DNA of 35,681 nucleotides from a virus: UHGV virus genome UHGV-1359969; one strand, 5' to 3'. Shown piece by piece: positions 28,717 to 35,681 of this stretch (position 1 is its first letter; each line of letters starts with the position of its first letter). The notes under the pieces were generated by a model. It saw only the letters and a program-made list of their open reading frames with translations, ran no database searches and was not told where the DNA came from. The position numbers and the translations under genes were made by a program.

Positions 28717-28738
28717 GAAAAAGCCCTCCGGAGAGGGC
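28717..28738 (-). terminator. tR'-like intrinsic terminator downstream of the Q-like gene
   Basis: GCCCTC-cgga-GAGGGC perfect stem followed on the minus strand by TTTTTC, about 250 nt downstream of the Q-like stop. Confidence 0.5.
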
Positions 28739-28994
28739 TGTTATGCATGCTTCGACACAAGGCCGGTTTCCCGCCGGTGTGCGCCGTTTACTTACTTCCT
28801 CGCTCTGCATTCTTTCGACCTCTCAGCCGATACGGTTCGAGTCCCAGCCCTGCGGCGAAGTGACGAACTAGGCGGTATCGATAACAGGAGCCGCCTCTTT
28901 TATCCTGTAACCTTAACGAAATGGCAATAACCCATCGTTGGGATAATGATGGGCTACTATCGCCAAAATGTCAATTGATATTTCTATTTATTTA

Positions 28995-29816
28995 CTAATT
29001 TATAGAAACTGATTCTCTTTTAGTTACCATTTGTAGAATTAATTCTGCGTTAGCTTCCTCCTTGAAGCATTCCTGTATCAATGCCTCATAGAATGGTTTC
29101 AGGTTTCTCCGCCATGATGTTTCCGGAATATCGAACAGGGATTCACATATTGCCCGCCGCACATCTTCAGCCGGTAATCGCGAATACCCGCGTCCGGAGC
29201 ACTTCGGGCACGTCTTATATACCGGCACCCCCTGCTTTTCACTTTCTGCCTTGTCCAGTACCTCGCCACGACCATTGCACCGGCAGGAATGGCTGATAAC
29301 CGCCTTACCCTTACAGGTTGGACAGGCTACCTTGGTTATCTCGCGTACCTCTCTCATGCTGCTTACGGCTCGCACAGGTGACAGCGGACGTGAAGAAACA
29401 AATGAACCGGCTTTGGTGGCGTATTTAGTAGCGAACACCTCCGCTTCGATGAAGCCGCCATCACAATCAGGGCATGTCTTTTTACTGGCCGCGCTCCTGG
29501 CGTAATCCTGAAATGCATAATTTGCGAGTATTTGCAGAACTGATGTTCTAACATCCTCATCAAGCTTTTGGATAACGCTGTATTTATGCGCCTGAGTTAA
29601 TGCATATTGATAGAGGCTCTCCACCGCTTCATCCGGCTGATTGATTCCGTGTTTCGCCAAAAACAATTCAATACCCATCCACGCTTTTGCGGTCGCCAAA
29701 CCAAGCGAGGCCATGACATCGGTAATTGAAAGTGAATCAGTAGCTGTAGCGGCTGGAGAGTCGCTAAACATAGGACTCTTCGGTGAAAAGTATTTTGGTA
29801 AATCTGCGAGTCTCAT
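28995..29816 (-). CDS. putative late-gene antiterminator (Q-like) with four Cys-x2-Cys motifs
   Basis: 273 aa; located between the nin-type genes and the late/lysis region; CPDC, CPTC, CRCNGRG, CPKCSGRG zinc-ribbon-like motifs; functional assignment by position. Confidence 0.45.
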   Translation of the reverse strand: MRLADLPKYFSPKSPMFSDSPAATATDSLSITDVMASLGLATAKAWMGIELFLAKHGINQPDEAVESLYQYALTQAHKYSVIQKLDEDVRTSVLQILANYAFQDYARSAASKKTCPDCDGGFIEAEVFATKYATKAGSFVSSRPLSPVRAVSSMREVREITKVACPTCKGKAVISHSCRCNGRGEVLDKAESEKQGVPVYKTCPKCSGRGYSRLPAEDVRRAICESLFDIPETSWRRNLKPFYEALIQECFKEEANAELILQMVTKRESVSIN

Positions 29817-30013
29817 CTTACCTCCGGAATAACAACGCCCATGCCATCAACGTCAGTTGAAAACATCACCTTTCTTCTGGCCGCTACACCAAGCCCGTAA
29901 AGAAGCCTTACCAGCATCACGCCAGCGCTGGATTGCACCACAGCATGATGGTGGCCACTGGTGTTCATGAGATATCTGGCTTCTTCGATTGCTGCTGCTA
30001 TGTCTGTGAACAT
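29813..30013 (-). CDS. hypothetical protein (nin region)
   Basis: 66 aa ORF coupled between the NinG-like and Q-like genes. Confidence 0.4.
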   Translation of the reverse strand: MFTDIAAAIEEARYLMNTSGHHHAVVQSSAGVMLVRLLYGLGVAARRKVMFSTDVDGMGVVIPEVR

Positions 30014-30597
30014 GATTTCAGCTCCTTCAGTTTCCGCCGGTACTCATCCCGGATCCGTTCGTAGTCCTCCCGTTTCCATTTCGGAAGTTCATGCGCACCC
30101 ATCAGGCGGTCGAAACGATCCTGGCCGATTTTTTCAATCAGGCGCGGTGTGTAGTTTTCGATATTCCCGGACAGATGGTTATTACATGGGGCGCATTGCT
30201 TATGGACGTTATCCTCATCAAACCGCAGTTCCGGACTGGCTCCGGTGGTTCGATAGTGCCCAGCGTGATACTGGCCTGCGTGGTGACGGCCGCAGCTGAT
30301 ACAAGGAAGGTCTTTATCCCTTTCCCGAATGTATGCGTTGAATGCGGTCTGTGCTTGTTTTGCGAAATATGAGAGGGGTTTTACTTCTAACTTGCGGATT
30401 TTGAGTTTGTCTTTTGCTTCGCGTTCTTTCTGTTGCTGCTCCTTTTTTAATTTGGCCTCGGCCTTTTCCCTTTCCCTGCTTCGTCGCTTTATTGCCAACT
30501 CAGCACCATGTTCCGGGCAACACCACCATTCGTTACTGAATTTCGGGTGAAACCATGCCCGGCATATCAGGCACTTTCGCCGCGATTGCTTTGCCAC
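29998..30597 (-). CDS. ninG: NinG-like recombination protein (Rap family)
   Basis: 199 aa; Cys-rich N-terminus (CLICRAWFHP...WCCPEHG), CISCGRHHAGQYHAGHY motif and basic coiled-coil C-terminus, as in lambda NinG. Confidence 0.75.
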   Translation of the reverse strand: MAKQSRRKCLICRAWFHPKFSNEWWCCPEHGAELAIKRRSREREKAEAKLKKEQQQKEREAKDKLKIRKLEVKPLSYFAKQAQTAFNAYIRERDKDLPCISCGRHHAGQYHAGHYRTTGASPELRFDEDNVHKQCAPCNNHLSGNIENYTPRLIEKIGQDRFDRLMGAHELPKWKREDYERIRDEYRRKLKELKSCSQT

Positions 30598-30669
30598 ATT
30601 TCACCTCACGATAAACTGATGCCGATAGCCAGAACGAACAGCACCCAGCACAATACGAACGGGATATAT

Positions 30670-30855
30670 TTATTCATCACCATCTCCTTTTATCTTCTCG
30701 ACTACTTCCAGATGCGGACATTCGCTGGCGCATTGGTCGCACAGCCATGTTTCATCGTCGGCCAGTTCTTTACTGCATAGTTGGCATTCCACAGCGCACC
30801 TCCCGCAGCATTGCATCAATTTCATTGATGAACGACCACCCGAACCCAGGCTCAA
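30670..30855 (-). CDS. small Cys-rich protein (NinF-like position)
   Basis: 61 aa with CxxC pairs and acidic tail; overlaps the 3' end of the upstream ORF in another frame. Confidence 0.35.
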   Translation of the reverse strand: MSLGSGGRSSMKLMQCCGRCAVECQLCSKELADDETWLCDQCASECPHLEVVEKIKGDGDE

Positions 30856-31201
30856 ACGGGCGGGTTCTGGATTTTGGACGTGATGCCTTCTCCTTGACTA
30901 CCGTCATCCTTGCCTTAGCTACCGGTGTAGGCTTTTCGGCCAGGCTGCTGAAATACGCCCTGACTTTGGATGCCGCACGGTCATCAAAGGCGTAATAAAC
31001 CTGACTGCCTTTCCTGCGCACGGCGTGGACACTGCCGATATCCTGCAACAGCCGGACAAATTTAGCGTCTATCATGCTGCCAAGACCGGTGGACTGCGCA
31101 ACCATCTTGACCGTGAAGGTGTCATGGTGGCGAAGTGACCGGATTATTTTCAGGCACATATCCTGCTTCTGCTCATTGGTGTGAAGGTATTGTCGTGTCA
31201 T
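30770..31201 (-). CDS. hypothetical protein (nin region)
   Basis: 143 aa from the Met whose ATG overlaps the NinB stop (ATGA); ORF track start 31261. Confidence 0.45.
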   Translation of the reverse strand: MTRQYLHTNEQKQDMCLKIIRSLRHHDTFTVKMVAQSTGLGSMIDAKFVRLLQDIGSVHAVRRKGSQVYYAFDDRAASKVRAYFSSLAEKPTPVAKARMTVVKEKASRPKSRTRPFEPGFGWSFINEIDAMLREVRCGMPTMQ

Positions 31202-31641
31202 GCGTCCTGCTCCCTTTTGAGTTTCATGTACTCCGAATTCTCGGGTATCGTCACAAAACAACCGATGCCTGTAGCCCAGCGCTCAACCTGCCCCATGAAG
31301 TGGAACATTTCCCCGGTGTCTAACTTTGATGTTTTTCTCATAGTCCTTACGCGCTCTGTATGCTGCGTGGTGGCGTCTATCATTTCAGTGACCTCGTAGC
31401 CCAGGAATGTATGCTTAAGCATTTCCTTGACTGTCTCAGGCGTGAATTTAGAGCCGTTGTCACACAGATACCTGCTTATCTCGCCGCACCACATATGAAA
31501 CGTGGCGTTCTGAGATAGTGAGCGGGTAGATTTCCAGGGCTTGATGATTACTCGGTGAGGTTTGTTTGTTGCTAGTGCTTCTTTGAGGTGTTGCCAGGCT
31601 GCATCTTTTGTTGTTTCGTGGAAGAGAAATTCTGCTTCCAT
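31198..31641 (-). CDS. ninB: NinB-like recombination protein (Orf family)
   Basis: 147 aa; region RSLSQNATFHMWCGEISR parallels lambda NinB RSLDQNRKLWACLGDVSR; canonical position downstream of replication genes. Confidence 0.75.
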   Translation of the reverse strand: MEAEFLFHETTKDAAWQHLKEALATNKPHRVIIKPWKSTRSLSQNATFHMWCGEISRYLCDNGSKFTPETVKEMLKHTFLGYEVTEMIDATTQHTERVRTMRKTSKLDTGEMFHFMGQVERWATGIGCFVTIPENSEYMKLKREQDA

Positions 31642-31649
31642 TTAGCCTC

Positions 31650-31853
31650 CTATGCTTTCTTTCCCCGGTTCACGAACCATTCGACGGCATCGCATATTTG
31701 CTTATCCTCATACCAGTATTCAATCCATCTGGATTCGTATTTATCTCGGAAGAACGTCGGCCCACAGTATGGATGCCAGGTCATGAAGATATAGCGTCCG
31801 TCATTCAGCCTTAGCCGGTACATGCGATAGCGGGTAATGTGAATAATGCTCAT
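31650..31853 (-). CDS. hypothetical protein
   Basis: 67 aa Trp/Tyr-rich ORF between the NinB and Lar-like genes. Confidence 0.4.
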   Translation of the reverse strand: MSIIHITRYRMYRLRLNDGRYIFMTWHPYCGPTFFRDKYESRWIEYWYEDKQICDAVEWFVNRGKKA

Positions 31854-31856
31854 CCC

Positions 31857-32078
31857 CTACTCCTTCTCACATTGTGGCGCTCTGCGGCTCCAGGCGGCGA
31901 TTGCTTCCTCTCTCGTGTTTCTCGTTAACCTGAATACATCCCTTGGTGTGCACCAGTGATAAATTGTCACGCTGGTGACAACAGAGCGCATTCCTGTCCA
32001 GTGAGAATTTTCGCGAATATCTGTTTCCCCACCATAGCAAAACGGACACGGCTTAAGTTCCTGTGTTTTCTCTGTCAT
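31857..32078 (-). CDS. Lar-like restriction alleviation protein
   Basis: From internal Met: MTEKTQELKPCPFCYGG...HWC...REEAIAAWSRRA matches the Lar-family pattern (KPCPFCGG ... EAI.AWN.R); ATG overlaps the upstream stop. Confidence 0.65.
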   Translation of the reverse strand: MTEKTQELKPCPFCYGGETDIRENSHWTGMRSVVTSVTIYHWCTPRDVFRLTRNTREEAIAAWSRRAPQCEKE

Positions 32079-32431
32079 TTGAACCTCATTAACCAGCCGG
32101 TAATGTTCCTGTCGATGATTTCGGTGTGCTTCACTTTTTTCGCTCTCCTGCACATAACGTATGTAGCCACACCATAAACCGGATAAATAAACGGCGTTGT
32201 CACTGCAATGAAAATCATGGTTAACAATGTGATAGCTGTGAATGGCAGCTCTCTGATTTCAGTATCCAGCCAGAAAAACCAATTGTAACTCTTCATGCAT
32301 TCGACATATTTATGCGCCGTAAACGCCATGCAGTCGAAGAAATTGAAGTCATATCCAGCTGCGGCGGCGTACGTTGGCCGGTCAAAAAAGTGCCTGAGAG
32401 TTACTGGGTATTTTTTGAAATACTTCATCAC
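32075..32431 (-). CDS. hypothetical membrane protein
   Basis: 118 aa with a C-terminal TM segment (FTAITLLTMIFIAVTTPFIYPVYGVATYV). Confidence 0.45.
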   Translation of the reverse strand: MMKYFKKYPVTLRHFFDRPTYAAAAGYDFNFFDCMAFTAHKYVECMKSYNWFFWLDTEIRELPFTAITLLTMIFIAVTTPFIYPVYGVATYVMCRRAKKVKHTEIIDRNITGWLMRFK

Positions 32432-32670
32432 TCCTCCGGTGGTTGTGGCATCGGTGCCCAGTGGGTTATTGGATAATCATCATCCTGCACGAACCAATTT
32501 TCATCACTCAGAAAATTATCGGTGCTTATGGACCATATCCAGCCCTCGCCATCGGGGTCTGACCGCAAAAAACAGTGCCAGACAAATTTACCTCTGTACT
32601 CGCTAAACCATCCGGCTAATACCGGCACTTCCATTTCAGGTAGTTGCTCACTCGTCTTAATCCATTCCAT
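32428..32670 (-). CDS. DUF551-type small protein
   Basis: MEWIKTSEQLPE...W...HW..P Trp-rich pattern typical of DUF551 found in lambdoid early regions; start at the Met 6 nt after GGAG (ORF track 32850). Confidence 0.5.
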   Translation of the reverse strand: MEWIKTSEQLPEMEVPVLAGWFSEYRGKFVWHCFLRSDPDGEGWIWSISTDNFLSDENWFVQDDDYPITHWAPMPQPPEE

Positions 32671-32872
32671 CTTCATCTCCTTTTGGCGGTGTCTGGTACG
32701 GCAGCCTGCTGCGAACTCCGGCCATGTAGGCGCAGTATCTGGTTTCAATTCCAGAAAGTGCGTAAGTCCAATTCCCATCCTGATGCTCTCTCCTGAAGAT
32801 TGTGACCATACTGACGGGGACGTGAAGCTCTTTCGCGTACCACTTTTCAAAATCCGTTGGTTCCATAATCAA
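32657..32872 (-). CDS. hypothetical protein
   Basis: About 70 aa ORF with GGAGG RBS, overlapping the downstream DUF551 start. Confidence 0.4.
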   Translation of the reverse strand: MIMEPTDFEKWYAKELHVPVSMVTIFRREHQDGNWTYALSGIETRYCAYMAGVRSRLPYQTPPKGDEDGMD

Positions 32873-32886
32873 AAGTCCTCCGTGCC

Positions 32887-33051
32887 CTATCCGCGAACCC
32901 GTGTTGCTGTTCTGATGTTTTCGTATGCTTCAAACGCCTCCACACGCTCAACGCCGTCACACTCTTTTGCATAGGCATACATGGCCTTTTCAGCTTCACG
33001 GTGTTTTTCCAGTGCAATACGTTTTAATTCTGCGATTTGTTCTGTAGTCAT
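32887..33051 (-). CDS. small hypothetical protein (54 aa, not in ORF track)
   Basis: MTTEQIAELKRIALEKHREAEKAMYAYAKECDGVERVEAFEAYENIRTATRVRG; compact gene filling the gap downstream of the helicase. Confidence 0.3.
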   Translation of the reverse strand: MTTEQIAELKRIALEKHREAEKAMYAYAKECDGVERVEAFEAYENIRTATRVRG

Positions 33052-33083
33052 AATCAAAAGTCCTTCTGTCTTGGGTTATGCCG

Positions 33084-34451
33084 TCACACGTCCGCGCCTT
33101 TGAATCTGCGCTGCGCTGGCTGGTTGCTTTGCTGACAAATATTTGCAGCCATAGCCTGGTCCGTATCGAGAAAGTGCCCGTCTTTGAATAGCTGATACAC
33201 GGTCCCTAATTTCCCGAACCGGTTTTTTGTGACGATGATTTCAGCGTAATTGGCGGCAGGCGAATTTTCGTTATACACGCCGTCCCGGTACAGCATGATG
33301 ATGGCATCCGCATCCTGCTCAACACTTCCTGAATCGCGAAGGTCCGCATTCGTCGGGCGCTTGTTTAGGCGTTTTTCCACATCACGGGATAACTGGCTGA
33401 GGGAGATAACAGGGGCCCGCAGGTCCTTAGCCATTGCTTTCAGGCTTGCTGAAATGTGCCCAATAGCCAGGTCATTACGCTCTGCCTTTGGTTTTTCAAT
33501 CAGGCCGAGGTAGTCGACAAGGATGAGAGATAAATTCGGATTGGCCCGTTTGTGCCGACCTGATATTGCACGGATTTGTTCGACCGTTAATTTACTGGCA
33601 TCGACAACCCACACATCGAGATCCACTATGCGGCCCATGCCGACGGTTACCTTTGTCCAGTCTTCCTGGTCCATCTTCGCCGGATTGCGCAGGGATGAAA
33701 CCGGCATGCTTGCGGCACCTGCAATCTGACGCTCGATAATCTGCTGGGAGTCCATTTCCATTGAGAAAATCAAAACGCCTTTCTTCTGGCTGGTCCCGCG
33801 AATGGTCTGTGAAGCAACGCCTTTGGTTATTCTCAGTGCCAGCTCTGTCTTACCCATGCCGGGCCGGGCCGCAACAATAACCAGGTCAACAGGGTTTATG
33901 CCGCCGGTAATATCATCAAGGTCCGGGATGCCGGTTTTCAGCGTGTCAGATTCGTCGCCATTCTGGACCCGCTTTTCAAGCATCTGCGCGTAGTCTTCGG
34001 CTATTTCCTTCAGGTGAACGGGACGGATCTCATCCTGCGGGGCCCGGATTTCAGATGCTTTTGCCAGAAACTGGTCCATTGCCTCAGTCGCCGCGTCTAC
34101 GGTCCCGTGTTCGATTTGTCCGCGCACAGAGTCCATCAGCTCAATCATCTTCCGGCGACAGTGAAGGTCCATAACCATCTTCGCGTAGCCTTTCAGGTTG
34201 GCGGCGCTCGGACAGTTTTTTGCAGCTTCCATCACGTTACTGAACTGATCACCCATTTCCTCGGCGACCATCAGAACGTCAATCAGCCCGCGGGCCTTCG
34301 CCTGCTTCCTGATAACCTCATAGGTCCTGCGGCAAAATCCGGACCCGAAGAATTCAGGCTCCATCGTTGCGAGAACATCACTGGCATCCTGCGTTAACCC
34401 GCTAATCAGCAGGCCACCGATAACACTCGATTCAACTTCAAAATTAATCAC
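33084..34451 (-). CDS. replicative DNA helicase (DnaB-like; P22 gene 12 analogue)
   Basis: 456 aa from GTG with GGAGG RBS 5 nt upstream; Walker [10 protein letters not shown], Walker B-like LILVDYLGL, DnaB N-terminal domain pattern; follows the O-like gene. Confidence 0.85.
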   Translation of the reverse strand: MINFEVESSVIGGLLISGLTQDASDVLATMEPEFFGSGFCRRTYEVIRKQAKARGLIDVLMVAEEMGDQFSNVMEAAKNCPSAANLKGYAKMVMDLHCRRKMIELMDSVRGQIEHGTVDAATEAMDQFLAKASEIRAPQDEIRPVHLKEIAEDYAQMLEKRVQNGDESDTLKTGIPDLDDITGGINPVDLVIVAARPGMGKTELALRITKGVASQTIRGTSQKKGVLIFSMEMDSQQIIERQIAGAASMPVSSLRNPAKMDQEDWTKVTVGMGRIVDLDVWVVDASKLTVEQIRAISGRHKRANPNLSLILVDYLGLIEKPKAERNDLAIGHISASLKAMAKDLRAPVISLSQLSRDVEKRLNKRPTNADLRDSGSVEQDADAIIMLYRDGVYNENSPAANYAEIIVTKNRFGKLGTVYQLFKDGHFLDTDQAMAANICQQSNQPAQRRFKGADV

Positions 34452-34453
34452 GA

Positions 34454-35290
34454 CTACCTCCCTGTGAGACTTGGTTTTCCTTCGCGGACCGCTGTGAGTG
34501 TGGTTTCTCTCGTCAGATAGTCGATATCTGCGGTCCATCCCGTATCGCTGTCACCAAAATAAAACGGCTTAGCCAGTTTGACGAAGGCCCGCACATAGGA
34601 CCGCCAGCCGTCGACGTTTGGGGTTGCCAGTTTCGGTATTATTTTCTTCAGGTCACGTTTTCGCTTCTCAGTGACATCGATAGCGTGAGGCAGGCGATCA
34701 CCGACTTCCTCGTTGTAGGCAATGAGATATTCGTCGTAATTGATTTTCACTGCCCGGCGCTTTTTAGGTTTAACCAACCCTTCCGCTTCACCCCCAGCGG
34801 GGGTATGGGGGTTAGTTTCTTTCTTTTCTTTTGTAATAGTTTCTTTTGTGTGTCCCTGTTTTGGTGACAGCGCTGTCACCGTTTTGGTGACACTTTTTGT
34901 CACTGTTTTGGTGACATTGTCACCAGAGTAGTGACACCCTGTTATTTCCCACTCACTCACGTTCTTGTTTGGTCCGATTCTCGGCCCATCCATAACGACT
35001 ACACGCATTGCTATCAGCTCGTTTTTCGCCTTGTTAACTTTCTGCCGTGGCAGGTTTGTAAGCTCACTTAACTGACTGTCAGCAATGCGGTCCGACTTCT
35101 TGCCAAAGCCATAAGTTTTCCGGCAAATAGCGTGTGCCACCTTGGCCTGATTTTTTGTTAAGTCAGCGCCTATCAGGGCCTCATACAGAGCATTTGCAAG
35201 TCTGGTGTACCCATCATCAAGATCTGCCACCGTTGGCCTCTCTTGCCGTCGTGCGGCTCCAAAGTCAGCGTATGCAACGTTACTGTTCAT
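34454..35290 (-). CDS. replication initiation protein (lambda O-like N-terminal domain)
   Basis: N-terminus ...[61 protein letters not shown] closely parallels lambda O (ADLDDGYARLSNMLLEAYSGADLTKRQFKVLLAILRKTYGWNK...DSQLSEITKLP); GGAGG RBS; iterons inside the coding region. Confidence 0.85.
   Translation of the reverse strand: MNSNVAYADFGAARRQERPTVADLDDGYTRLANALYEALIGADLTKNQAKVAHAICRKTYGFGKKSDRIADSQLSELTNLPRQKVNKAKNELIAMRVVVMDGPRIGPNKNVSEWEITGCHYSGDNVTKTVTKSVTKTVTALSPKQGHTKETITKEKKETNPHTPAGGEAEGLVKPKKRRAVKINYDEYLIAYNEEVGDRLPHAIDVTEKRKRDLKKIIPKLATPNVDGWRSYVRAFVKLAKPFYFGDSDTGWTADIDYLTRETTLTAVREGKPSLTGR
34855..34940. repeat. origin iterons: three to four copies of TTTTGGTGACA with inverted TGTCAC half-sites, next to an AT-rich tract (34801-34850)
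   Basis: Direct repeats at 34859, 34882, 34906 plus GTGACA/TGTCAC palindromes, inside the O-like gene where they encode [14 protein letters not shown]. Confidence 0.6.
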
Positions 35291-35462
35291 GCCGTTTACC
35301 TCCGGTCAGTTCTTCCCTATGGGCTTTCCGCAATAAAGCATCGTTAAAAGCCGCCCTGAGTGCTTTCGCGCCTTTCTCAGTGACACTCCGTGTCTCGTTG
35401 TATTCGGCGATGTTTTTATGCACAGCGTGATAGTTAAAACTATGATTCCGTTTACGTTTCAT
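35280..35462 (-). CDS. hypothetical small basic protein
   Basis: 60 aa ORF immediately upstream of, and overlapping, the O-like RBS/start; weak RBS. Confidence 0.3.
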   Translation of the reverse strand: MKRKRNHSFNYHAVHKNIAEYNETRSVTEKGAKALRAAFNDALLRKAHREELTGGKRHEQ

Positions 35463-35505
35463 ATATAATTAGTCCTCATCAAGTACTAAATTGATTTGAC
35501 TCTTA

Positions 35506-35530
35506 GCCTCGGTTGCAGCCGGGGCTTTTT
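35506..35530 (+). terminator. intrinsic terminator on plus strand; candidate 3' end of an oop-like antisense RNA
   Basis: GCCTCGG-ttgcag-CCGGGGC stem followed by TTTTT on the plus strand, antisense to the early operon and just downstream of the partial ORF stop at 35536. Confidence 0.45.
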
Positions 35531-35535
35531 CTTGC

Positions 35536-35681
35536 CTAAAACATCGATACCTGTCGTGATGCTTTGGCTTTCTTCTTCGTTCCAGCACTTGGCTTCTGCC
35601 CATACTTCTCAGCCCATAACTTTGCTACCCGAAGGCAGTCATCAAACATCCCGCCACGGCGTGTTGCCTGTGAGCAGCGGC
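35536..35681 (-). CDS. 3' end of an ORF continuing beyond the window (cII-like position)
   Basis: Open minus-strand frame from the window edge to TAG at 35536-35538, ending ...QKPSAGTKKKAKASRQVSMF; identity not established. Confidence 0.3.
   Translation of the reverse strand, partial: RCSQATRRGGMFDDCLRVAKLWAEKYGQKPSAGTKKKAKASRQVSMF

Noticed and set aside
28640-28720. Second tRNA or tRNA-like element suggested by a TGGTGCC motif
   Set aside because: No complementary acceptor 5' strand, no T-loop or anticodon arm could be folded.
35465-35505. Frame encoding ...KKKPRLQPRLRVKSI read as a cII C-terminus by analogy with lambda, where the oop hairpin lies inside cII
   Set aside because: That frame is closed by a stop about 40 codons upstream with no start codon; the open frame reaching the window edge ends at 35536, before the hairpin.

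Overview
This window is the right-hand ~35.7 kb of an integrated lambdoid, siphovirus-type prophage from an enterobacterial (E. coli/Salmonella-like) genome. Almost all phage genes are on the minus strand, so phage transcription runs from high to low coordinates. Reading down from the window end: 3' end of a cII-like ORF and an oop-like terminator; O-like replication initiator with internal iterons (ori) and a DnaB-like helicase; a nin-type region (DUF551, Lar-like anti-restriction, NinB, NinG); a Q-like antiterminator; an AT-rich plus-strand moron and a tRNA; the lysis cassette (pinholin, SAR endolysin, overlapped Rz/Rz1 spanins); terminase small and large subunits, portal and head genes; the tail operon (major tail protein, chaperone, tape measure, tip proteins, tailspike); an O-antigen-type acyltransferase; and a 3' fragment of tRNA-Thr marking the att junction at positions 15-64. 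The most interesting feature is a three-gene AT-rich cargo island between the tail chaperone and tape measure genes. It carries a coiled-coil plus TIR-domain gene interrupted by an in-frame TGA, next to two small secreted proteins. All calls come from reading the sequence and ORF translations by eye; no database search was run, so family assignments rest on recognisable motifs and synteny.
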